The notes under the pieces are model-generated. The model made no database searches. It saw only the letters and a list, made by a program, of their open reading frames with translations, and was not told the origin of the DNA. Position numbers and translations under genes: made by a program. From Takakia lepidozioides (Eukaryota > Plantae > Bryophyta): a DNA stretch of 64,000 bases. Shown here piece after piece: positions 1 to 10,800 of this stretch. Every line of letters starts with the position of its first letter. Position 1 is the first letter of the stretch. The stretch is from positions 35,712,001 through 35,776,000 of the forward strand of contig CM060733.1 in assembly GCA_030704615.1 (NCBI GenBank), written 5' to 3'.

Positions 1-984
1 AGCGGAAGAGCGTCATCCGTCGCGACTAGTGGCCGTGGCAAATGAGTGTCACCCTCCACGACTAGTGGTAGTGGAATGTCATCCATGGCAGTGCTACACT
101 CACGGACATCTGCCATGTGGGTTGGCTGTGGGGTGTCACCCCTATCAGTGTAACCCATGTCAATGGCACTCTCAACGGAAGTTGCAGTGTTCACGGGCAA
201 TGGTGTGTCACCCACGACAATGTCCCTCACGGTACTGTCAGCCACACCGGTATCCGCAGTGTCACCCTGAGGTGCAGTGTAACACTCCTTCCCTATTGCT
301 CTTCTCTCCGCAGTGTCACCCTCAGGTGCAGTGTAACCCTCGGTTTCAGGGCCTCCTCCCCTTGTAGTGTCACCCTGCGCATCAATGTGACCCACGAAGG
401 CTGGGTCATTCTGAGAGAGGTTGACCACATGATCCTGACAAATACTTACATTGCTGCATGGAGGGTTCAACCCAGCATCTCTAGATTCAAAGTCATACAC
501 AGACTTTGGGTCAAGCGGGTCCCCGATTCTTCGATTAAGATCTCCAAAAGAAATGACTGGGGCTGCGGACAAAGAGGTTCGCACTTGGGTGTTCCACCTT
601 GATGTATCATCTCCAGTATCAGTATCAGAATTCACGGGCAAATCCCGCGTCAAGTCTGCTAGGTTCACCCATAAGTGCAGCTGGGTTGAGTACAATTCAC
701 CAACCTGCGACAAAGATACAACGGCAGATCGACTTGGAATGATGTCCTCGTCATGTACATCGTCGCTCTGCGGGGCGGAAATTGGCCCATCGCTTGTCTG
801 TGCGCCCCCTGCGCCCCCTGTATCGCATTGTGGAGGGGCCCCATACACAACTTCGTGAAGCTCACGTTGAGCCTCAAAAAGGTTTTTGAACGCATTGGCG
901 ACTTGATTGGTCATGAGCTCGGACTCATCTGCATCGGGGAAAAGACAAAGGTTTTTAGTCGTGGAACGAGGTTTTCGAAAGTGC

Positions 985-1340
985 AAGGGTTACACTATGT
1001 AAGGGTTACACTGACTAGGACAAGACAGTGGTTCGGATTACACGATGTGGGTTACACCACCCTGTTAGAAACAGTAGTTTGCAATGGGTTACACTACCTG
1101 GGTTACACTACTGAGATTACACAACGAGAGGGTAACAAATCTAGGATAACACAGCGAGGTGTACCATTAGGGGTACACTGATTACAGGGTTACATACTCC
1201 GAGGGTTACACTGATTACAGGGTTACACACAGCAAGGGTTACACTGAGTACAGGGTTCCACATAGCGAGGGTTACACTGATTACAAGATTACACACAAAG
1301 GGGTTACACGACGAGAGGGGTGACAGTGGATGGAGTAACA
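985..1340. repeat. Degenerate GGGTTACAC motif cluster filling intron 929-1345
   Basis: About 20 copies of GGGTTACAC/GATTACA variants, including ~33 bp units such as AGGGTTACACTGATTACAGGGTTACA. Confidence 0.85.
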
Positions 1341-2239
1341 CTTACAGAGATACCAAGGCACTACAAACCCAAGGTCTCTCATATACTGGATGCCCAAACG
1401 CGCATTGAAGTCCATTTCTGTTGGTGATTCGCTGAAGAGGCCACAACACCAAAGCTGGATAAACGATTCTTTCTGTTGGATCGCAAAGTGATGGGCGGCG
1501 CGACGACGGTTTGCCTTGCAAAACTATATAGCTCCGTTGATCTTAATTGACCGGTCATCCCACTCTTCTGTACTCAAACTCGATCTTAAGTCCTCGAGCT
1601 CAGAATCAAGGTCGCAATTCCGTCACCAGGTTATGCAAAGTACATCAGACTAAAGCCGTAATACTCATCGACCAGGTCCTTCACCTTTGAGGCTGTAAGA
1701 GCACTTTCCAGAAGTTCAGCCGTGAACCCCAACCTGGGATGCATTTGGGAAACTGACCTACCATGATTTCTTACATCGTTGTGGGCTAGAATTCTCAAAA
1801 GGAGTGGTGGCGGTCCAATGTGCGGTTTGGTGAGATTCTCCATGTGATTGATCAATCCTTCGGCAAAACCACGAGTGAATTCCAACGGATCTGGAACAAC
1901 CAAACCTTTGATTCCATCTACAGTAATTGTGATGACAAGAGGATTTGAAGTTCTGGCATCGTCAAGGTCGGTATTGCCAACAACTGGTTCGTCCATCATG
2001 TCATCATCATGTGAGGCTTGGCTCTCTCGATGGACTCGTGTAAGTCTCACACTTTTTTTCTTTTTCTGCTTTGGCATGTCAGGATGCCCAATGCTCTCTA
2101 AATACTCCTTCACCCGATTCAATTCCTCTATCATTAACAGACCATGATCCGGCTAGACTGGCGCCTTGTGGGCAGCAACATCACTGTCCATATCATCGCT
2201 TCTAAGATGATGTCGAGCTCCCTACGCAATACAGCGTGA

Positions 2240-2440
2240 GCGGTTACACCAGAGAAAAGGGTTACAGCACGAGGGGTTACACATGAAAATGGGTTACAAT
2301 GAAGGTGGGCTACACGGGGTTACACAGAGGTGGGTTACACACCATAGGGATTTTTAAAAGGGGTCCTCTATAGGTGGGTTACACTCTGGGTTACACGCCA
2401 CAGGAGAGACAGGGGGGGTAACACAAGAGGTTACACGGAT
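2240..2440. repeat. GGGTTACAC motif cluster (intronic)
   Basis: About 10 copies of GGGTTACA(C) between the exons of the minus-strand cargo gene. Confidence 0.8.
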
Positions 2441-3333
2441 AGACAACAGCCCGAAATTTGAAAAACAGAGAAATGGCAGGGAATCCAACTTGATTGTCTG
2501 TCGATAGAACCCAACTTGATTTTGCAGCTGTCGCATGGATTGCACCCTCGCCTCGCGCAACAAATTCTTGGAATGCCGGCCAAAACCCCTTCTCATTGAC
2601 ATTCGAAAATGGGAACTGAGGAATAAGGCCATGCGGTAGCAGAAGGATTGAGCCTGGACTTCGCTTTCGCAAGATGAACCTTGAGCTCCGGTTTCCCCGG
2701 TTTCCAATGTTGATTTTCTTTGCAATAGGGACAGGTGGAGGCGGGCTCAATCGCCGCTTGTCTCTCTCTCATTAGAAACCTGCCGAACAGAAGGACCAGG
2801 GATAGAAACAGCGGGAGCACCAGAAGATGGAACCTCTGTAGTAGAAGTAGCCGAAGAAGGTACAACAGCAGGCACTTCAATAGGATCTGCAATCTCACCC
2901 AAAGCCACCCTATTTTGCAGAATCCATGCATGATATGCATCCAGCGTAGCTACGGCGTGAGCCCAGCCCCGTGAGCCTGGGAGCTGAGCTCACGTTGAAG
3001 CTTTGAAGCGTGAGCGGCATAAATCTGCTGGAGAAGCAGGTCCTATAGGCGAGGATTGCAGGAAGAGGGCCTATTACCGTGGACAAAACAAAGGAGGCCA
3101 CCATGCACCATGTCTGCAATGCGTGCCAAAAAAGAGGAATATGTAAATATGGCAGATTTGAGCTCAGAATGATTGACACAGTTTATTTCAATTCACAGAG
3201 AGACGCTTACAATGAATCGCAAGTGCATTTGCCCTGGTTCCGTGAACGAAATGTATATGTTTGTCATAAAATGAAAAGTCTTCACACGGCAACCTGGAAA
3301 CCAGCATGGGAAGCGGGCATGGCTCGTATGTGT

Positions 3334-6300
3334 TCAAAGAGAAGTTGGCGGAGCCCTACGCGAGGTGTCCCGCTGCAGAAGGGTGATGACTTCTCCGTAG
3401 CCTAGTGTGGCTTGGTGAATGAATTGGTCTCTCTTACCGTCGCAACACATAATTACAAGGTATATGTAATATTGATGCTTGCAGGGGACCCACTTCCCTC
3501 TCATGCCGAGAGCGCCCTCACGCATTGTTACAAAATCCGGACAAGTGCACGATGGGAAATTCCCGATGGTAACCTGATATTCTTTGGCATGAAGAACTGA
3601 GCCAATTGACAGCACTGTGTAAATCCGTCCATACCCCGGGGAAGGGACTTCGGTGATACGAGTCACCCTAGCCTGCAAAATTCTAGCCGATTCCATCTTG
3701 CATTCGTGATCTGCACCCGAAGCAACACGGCGCACTGTTTTTCCATCTCTTTTTGTTGGGTGGGAGTCGGCACCGGGTGGAGGCATTGTCGGAGCATGTG
3801 GCACATCTGTGCCGACAGTGCATAAGGGCACCACCCGGGACCGTGCAAGACAAAACCCTCCCTCCTCCAGCATGCTTATCTCGGTTGAGGACAGCGATGT
3901 CCCAATTTTCACAGGCCAAATTGCGGGGGGAGGGGGCTTCATTATCACGGAAGGACGAACTGTTCCCTTCACGCATCGTGCCATATCGTCTGGGCAGAAC
4001 CAAAACTTGTGCTCTTTTGACTCCCCACTATGGTAAGGTCGGAACAACCCTGTGAATGTTGGAGCTGGAGTCCCCCTGGAGCCTTTGCATATTTTTGATT
4101 TGCATTTCTTGAATGAGGGGGTCCGAATTGCCATGCAAGCCACTCTAGATCCCGGTGGGGTGCGTTCTATATGCCAGTCACTATCAATGCAATCAGATTC
4201 CTGCACCATGGCCACCACCTCCTCCAATGGGATTTCCGCTGCTATGCTTGCATGTTCTGCACCTGCTCCACAGGAGGAGGACCCACCTGGGAAGGGGCCG
4301 GCACAGGACTTAGTCTGCACTGGAGACACCTTTGGCACAGAGAAATTGACCATGTCTGGCCTATGGGAATCTCCATCTGACCCTGGAAGTGTGTTTAATT
4401 TCCTTTTGCATGATCCAAATCTTTCCTCGCCTTCCAAATGGGGGAGCCTGGATTGCAGAGGGGAGCCTTCAGTGCACCTGTTTAGAGCTCTGGCCATCTT
4501 TGACGGGTCTCCGGACCTACTCGCAGCCCTTAGCATCAACAAAGTCGTATCGGGGCCCTTCCCTCCACCCCGTCCCATCAGAAAATTGCAGTACCTGGTT
4601 TGTTGTGTAAGTGCCCGCACCATGTCATCAGCAGTGGCCACATACAAGTCACGACCTGCTTTGGTAGACTGTTGCATCCAGGCGTTGTGAACAGTCTCTG
4701 CCAAATTACACGATGGCATGTCGGCCAAGTCCTCCAAGGACATGTCCTGCAGGAGGCATTGCATGGAAATGTGAGGAAGGAAAAGAAATGGTAGAGGTTC
4801 TTCAAGTGACAATCGAACAACCCCAAATGAACAGGCACGATGCAAAGTGCAATTTGTGTTTAAGGAAAACTTGTGAGGCTTACCGTCGTCATGAAAGCTC
4901 CCCACTGTCTGTACCTGAAGTGCCAGAAAACCAACCAGTCCTCCAACTCCTTCAGGTGGATACCTGTAGCAGCACCAGAGGAGAACCACCAAGCCCGGAT
5001 TGCCTGGTAAGTGCTCTCAGCTTCTCCCATTGAGGTGGCATTCTTGTACTTCAAACAGAGCCTTCTATGCTCCAACTGAAGGTCAGGGCGAATGCAGCGC
5101 TTTGTATGACGTGCCAGAGATTGACTCCAATGGAAGAGGCATGTGCGCTCCCTATTTTCCATTGGGACCCTAGGATCCCCCGAACCAAACACGCGCCGCA
5201 CTGCATTGAAATTTGCCTGTGCACTATCAGCCATGAAGCCCGCAAAATTTGTGTTCTGTATTCCATTGCGCTGCATGACGGCCAGGAGGGAATTCCACAT
5301 GAGCATCTGGGATTCAGTGTCCTCCGACTGCATATCACAAATTGCTATGGAGAGCACACGCTGGTACGCTGGATCATACACATGGCACGCCATGGTTGTC
5401 CAACCCTTCACCCGTTTGCAGTGATCAAACATTAACCAACATTTAGCCAAATCTCCTCCAGGTTGCATTCGGCGGACAATGCTCACACCACTGCCTTGGC
5501 CCACAGTGGACATCTTGAACAAATACACTTTGGACGAGCCCTGGCCAGGGAACATACTGTTTTGAATGAATTCATAGCGACTCCTCCGTTTGAGGTCCAT
5601 AATGTTGTCCATGAATCCAGTAGTGCCTGTGCCCATTCTGAGTGCATTCACCTGGTTTCGAATATTGGGAGAGCTCAACACGGAGAAATGGTCCATGACT
5701 GCCTCAAGGGAATCTGCATCCAGCATTGGCTGTGTCGCATCCCCTTCACCCAGTATGTGTTTTTCCAGGAATGCCTTGCTAGCTGCAAGCGCTATAGCAG
5801 AAGGTGTTGCACAAGGGGCATTGTGGAACTCTTGCTTCAGTAGATTTCTAGCGATGTCCACGCTATCCCTGCAACTCCCTTTGGACACAGGATGCTCGTG
5901 TGCACCCATATGAATGCAGGCACGAGTCATTGTCTTGCATCGATGTGCCACCTGATACATACGAGCGTGGCAAACAGAAACACAGGACGGGGAAAGTTTG
6001 CAGAACCTGCACACAAAAGTATTGGTCTTGGGAGGTGCAAGCCCTGGGGTGAAAGGATTCAGGGGCACACCTTCCCACTCACTTTCGTTTGGCTGAGCGC
6101 TGTTTCTCAGCCGAGGGCAAGAAATATTCAGGCACTTGCAATGCCCAACGCAAATCGACCTCCGAAATTTCAACCAATGTCGTTATGGATGTTCGACGTT
6201 TTTGTCATGCACCAAGGATGTCCGTCATGTTTCTTGTCCATGCCCTGCAGAAGCCCAGCCAGTCCACTGGAAGACGTGGGAGGGTTGAGCTCAAACAAGA

Positions 6301-6913
6301 TGTCCCCATCAAACTGAGCTGGCACGTATTGAACCCGTTGCACTGGAAGGGACTCCCAATCAACAAAACGTAGCTCGCTCTTGCACCCAGGCACACCTGC
6401 GAGGGCTTTCAATTTTGGAATGACACTTGTTATCTCTTGCAATTCGTCATCATGCAATAAGGGAGTTTGCACTAGCGGAGGAATCTCAGAAACATCCTCC
6501 GAGGACGAGTCCGAAAGAGTCACGAAGGTAGTGGATGTGCTCACCTCTTGTTTCACAGGAACTGTGCCCTTCTGTTGCACGACCGATGCTGCAGTGCCAG
6601 GGGTAACGACTGATCCTGCTGATTGTCTTCTCTCTTTTCCAAGGACACGGTATGTTCCTGGAAGGACTCTCCACTTCCTTCCACACTCGCCAACCAAGGG
6701 TTTCTCCAAGTGCCCAGAATCCAAATTCCCATCATCGTCATACACCTCTTTCTGAACAAGCAGAGAACCCAACTCCAGCGGGAACACTGTAACCAGCTCA
6801 TCCTCATGAACAACTGCATACCCATCGTCGTCTGCAGTGGCAGTCAGTGGAAGAGTACCTGCATTGGAATGGAATCGAGCGAGTGCATCTCGCTCCCTCG
6901 ACATGTTTTCCAT
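3334..6913 (-). pseudogene. MULE-superfamily DDE transposase with N-terminal GCM-like zinc DNA-binding domain and C-terminal SWIM finger; one frameshift
   Basis: GCM-like segment DGHPWCMTKTSN..KFRRSICVGHCKC..CRFC..C..IHMGAHEHP. Catalytic motifs WLMFDH, GFMADSA, CLFHW (MULE CxxH) and CNLAETVH (E). SWIM motif PSCTCPDF..CKHQYYI. Phase-0 GT-AG intron at 4883-4747. A 1-bp frameshift at ~6173 joins ORF 6170..7327 to ORF 4860..6173. Start at 6913 is tentative. Confidence 0.85.
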
Positions 6914-7846
6914 CACTGAACGAAACTGGCGATTCAGAACGGAATCCCCGAACTGAGAGCCCGTAATTATCGAAAGTGGAAATACCACCAGCAAACTGAG
7001 GTCAACAAGGGTAGCACCAAACCAAAGGCTGCCGGCGATGCATGCCAAGGATGTAGGGATGACGTGCACCTTCACCTCCCACCAACCAGAAAAACCGTTT
7101 TGAAAGACCAGAGCCACAAGAAACCGTGCTGTTTTTGGATGGAAAACAAACCCTGAAAATGACATGAAACCATCCATTATGAAATGACGGCAACAACCCT
7201 GGAGAGCAGTAAACAGGAAGATCCGATTGTAATGAGATTGTGTTGCGCCAGAATAGCACAGAACAAACACTGACACTCCAAAAGATACCTCGCACGAATG
7301 TGTGCAACACATGGTCATATCCGACAAAATCCTTTATACCGAATGACCCCATGGGGACGGTCACGGCATAAAAAAAACCACAGGGCATGCAGTACAACAC
7401 ACGTGGATGCATATGTGAAGCATAACAATTATTGCGAATCTGGAAGAACTGCTCGGAATTGAAAAAGCACTACATTTCTACGGCACATTCGAATTTGAAA
7501 GAAGGCAAGGAGGCCGCCATGTATTGGCAGGCGGCGAAGTACATCTGACATATATCGCAAATGCATGCAACGGATGTTCTTTTTCTTCGGCGCTTTATTA
7601 GCTGGGTAATACAAAGACGCCAAAATGGATGAATTCCGTTCGCACACAATATCAACACCCGCATCCAAATACGGTTGACAACGTCCATTTTTATTTTTGT
7701 TACATGCGATACCAGGACTTGTTGCAAACGTCAAACTGGAGAGCTCCAGGGGCATCGTGGGGAGCCCTTGTTTCCAGCGGAGGAGAAAGAGAAGGAAGTC
7801 ATTATACTTCACGAGTTCTAGAAACAGGAATAGAGCTAGATATAGA

Positions 7847-10800
7847 ATGAGGATGGAAAGAGTGGAGGAAGAGGAAAAGGAGGAAGAAGAGGGAATACAG
7901 GAAAGTGTGGCGATGGAGGAGCAGGAATCTGGAGAAGAACAACAACCCAACATAGTTCCAGGAACAGGCGAGGAGGACACTGCGTCTGAGGGAGAGACAG
8001 ACGACATGGAGGAAGATGTTGACACTGGCCTCACGAAGAATCTGACCACGGGAAAGAGGAAGGGGGAGAGGCTCACCTACATAGTCGGCGAAGAGAGCAG
8101 CCCGATGCGGAAAGGGTCCCCGGCAACTGGGGAGTCTTCTCGAGTACCTACGAAAAAGGTACAATCTACAGGACCCACATTTGTGAAGAATTCGGCTTTC
8201 AATGGCAGGTATTTGAGAAAGAAAGAACCATTCAGTGGCAGCTCAAACAGTGTGCGTTGCCGCACACTGTTTGAGCTGCACAAGTCACTGTTTAAGGGTG
8301 CAAAATTCTTCCTTCAACAACACCTTTCTGAGGATGAAATGAACCCCGCACTTCCAACTCAAACAGTGTGCGGCAACGCACACTGTTTGAGCAAGTCTTC
8401 TCAATGTTTTAGGGTGCAAAATTTGGCATTGGAGTCAGTTATCTGCGGGTGAAATGAACCCTTCACTGCCAGCCCAAACAGTGTGCGGCAACGCACATTG
8501 TTTGAGCTGAACATTTCAATGTTTTAGGGTGCGAAATTTGGACTTCAGGGGCACCTTTCTGAGGATGGAATGAACCCTGCACTGCCAGCGCAAACAGTGT
8601 GCGGCAACGCACACTGTTTGAGCTGAACATTTCAATGTTTTAGGGTGCAAAATTTGGACTGCAGGGGCACCTATGTGAGGATGAAATGAACCTTTCACTG
8701 TCAGCCCAAACAGTGTGCGGCAACGCACACTGTTTGAGCTGAACATTTCAATGTTTTAGGGTGCAAAATTTGGTCTTGCTGTCTGTTATCTGAGGGTGAA
8801 ATGAACCCTTCACTGCCAGCTCAGACAGTGTGCGGCAACGCACACTGTTTGAGCTGAACATTTCAATGTTTCAGGGTGCAAAATTTGGACTTCAGGGGCA
8901 CCTATAATAGGATGAAATGAACCCTTCACTGTCAGCCCAAGAGGTGTGCGGCAACGCACACTGTTTGAGCTGAACATTTCAATGTTTCTGGGTGCAAAAT
9001 TTGGACTTCAGGGGCACCTATGTGAGGATGAAATGAACCCTTCACTGTCAGCCCAAACAGTGTGCGGCAACGCACACTGTTTGAGCTGAACATTTCAATG
9101 TTTTAGGGTGCAAAATTTGGTCTTGCTGTCTGTTATCTGAGGGTGAAATGAACCCTTCACTGCCAGCTCAGACATTGTGCGGCAACGCACACTGTTTGAG
9201 CTGAACATTTCAATGTTTCAGGGTGCAAAATTTGGACTTCAGGGGCACCTATAATAGGATGAAATGAACCCTTCACTGTCAGCCCAAGCAGTGTGCGGCA
9301 ACGCACACTGTTTGAGCTGAACATTTCAATGTTTCTGGGTGCAAAATTTGGACTTCAGGGTGACCTGTTTGAGGATGAAATGAACCCTTCACTGTCAGCC
9401 CAAACAGTGTGCGGCAACGCACACTGTTTCAGCTGAACATTTCAATGTTTCTGGGTGCAAAATTTGGACTTCAAGGTGACCTGTTTGAGGATGAAATGAA
9501 CCCTTCACTGTCAGCCCAAACAGTGTGCGGCAACGCACACTGTTTGAGCTGAACATTTCAATGTTTTAGGGTGCAAAATTTGGTCTTGCTGTCTGTTATC
9601 TGAGGGTGAAATGAACCCTTCACTGCCAGCTCAGACAGTGTGCGGCAACGCACACTGTTTGAACTGAACATTTCAATGTTTCAGGGTGCAAAATTTGGAC
9701 TTCAGGGGCACCTATCTTAGGGTGAAATAAACCCTTCACTGCCAGCTCAGACAGTGTGCGGCAACGCACACTGTTTGAGCTGAACATTTCAATGTTTCAG
9801 GGTGCAAAATTTGGACTTCAGGGGCACCTATGTGAGGATGAAATGAACCCTTCACTGTCAGCCAAAACAGTGTGCGGCAACGCACACTGTTTGAGCTGAA
9901 CATTTCAATGTTTTAGGGTGCAAAATTTGGTCTTGATGTCTGTTATCTGAGGTTGAAATGAACCCTTCACAACCAGCTCAACAGTGTGCGGCAACGCACA
10001 CTGTTTGAGCAGATCTTTTCAATGTTTTAGGGTGCAAAATTTGGTCTTGCTGTCTGTTATCTGGGGGTGAAATGAACCCTTCACTGCCAGCTAAGACAAT
10101 GTGCGGCAACGCACACTGTTTGAGCTGAACATTTCAATGTTTCAGGGTGCAAAATTTGGACTTCAGGGGCACCTATCTTAGGGTGAAATGAACCCTTCAC
10201 TGCCAGCTAAGACAGTGTGCGGCAACGCACACTGTTTGAGCTGAACATTTCAATGTTTCAGGGTGCAAAATTTGGACTTCAGGGGCACCTATAATAGGAT
10301 GAAATGAACCCTTCACTGTCAGCCCAAATAGTGTGCGGCAACGCACACTGTTTGAGCTGAACATTTCAATGTTTCAGGGTGCAAAATTTGGACTTCAGGG
10401 GCACCTATGTGAGGATGAAATGAACCCTTCACTGTCAGCCAAAACAGTGTGCGGCAACGCACACTGTTTGAGCTGAACATTTCAATGTTTTAGGGTGCAA
10501 AATTTGGTCTTGCTGTCTGTTATCTGAGGTTGAAATGAACCCTTCACAACCAGCTCACACAGTGTGCGGCAACGCACACTGTTTGAGCAGAACTTTTCAA
10601 TGTTTTAGGGTGCAAAATTTGGTCTTGCTGTCTGTTATCTGGGGGTGAAATGAACCCTTCACTGCCAGCTCAGACAGTGTGCGGCAACGCACACTGTTTG
10701 AGCGGAACATTTCAATGTTTCAGGGTGCAAAATTTGGACTTCAGGGGCACCTATCTTAGGGTGAAATGAACCCTTCACTGCCAGCTAAGACAGTGTGCGG

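Larger units (their letters stand above)
1..2930 (-). pseudogene. Spliced cargo gene of unknown function with disabling lesions; last visible exon runs off the left edge
   Basis: Exon 928->1 is stop-free (YESELMTNQVANAFKNLFEAQRELHEV...GDT/GYT-rich) and is absent from the ORF track because it has no stop in the window. GT-AG intron 1345-929 is phase-matched. Exon 2221-1346 includes ORF 1631..2134, with in-frame TAG at 2153-2155 and 1524-1526 and a frameshift near 1630. An upstream exon at ~2930-2490 has a frameshift in a (GA)n run near 2765. Confidence 0.6.

Noticed and set aside
1-390. Left terminal inverted repeat matching 18.4-19.9 kb
   Set aside because: The similarity is only the short shared motif, and this region lies within an open minus-strand exon that continues beyond the window.
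2593-2940. Third zinc-finger paralog (TCPYCKE..H) in ORF 2593..2940
   Set aside because: The surrounding frame is Leu-rich nonsense. The alternative frame (LSPPPPVPIAKKINIG...) splices in phase to the next exon, so CPYC is probably coincidental.
3412-6919. Numerous plus-strand ORFs over the transposase
   Set aside because: Antisense shadows of the minus-strand transposase, with no motifs of their own.
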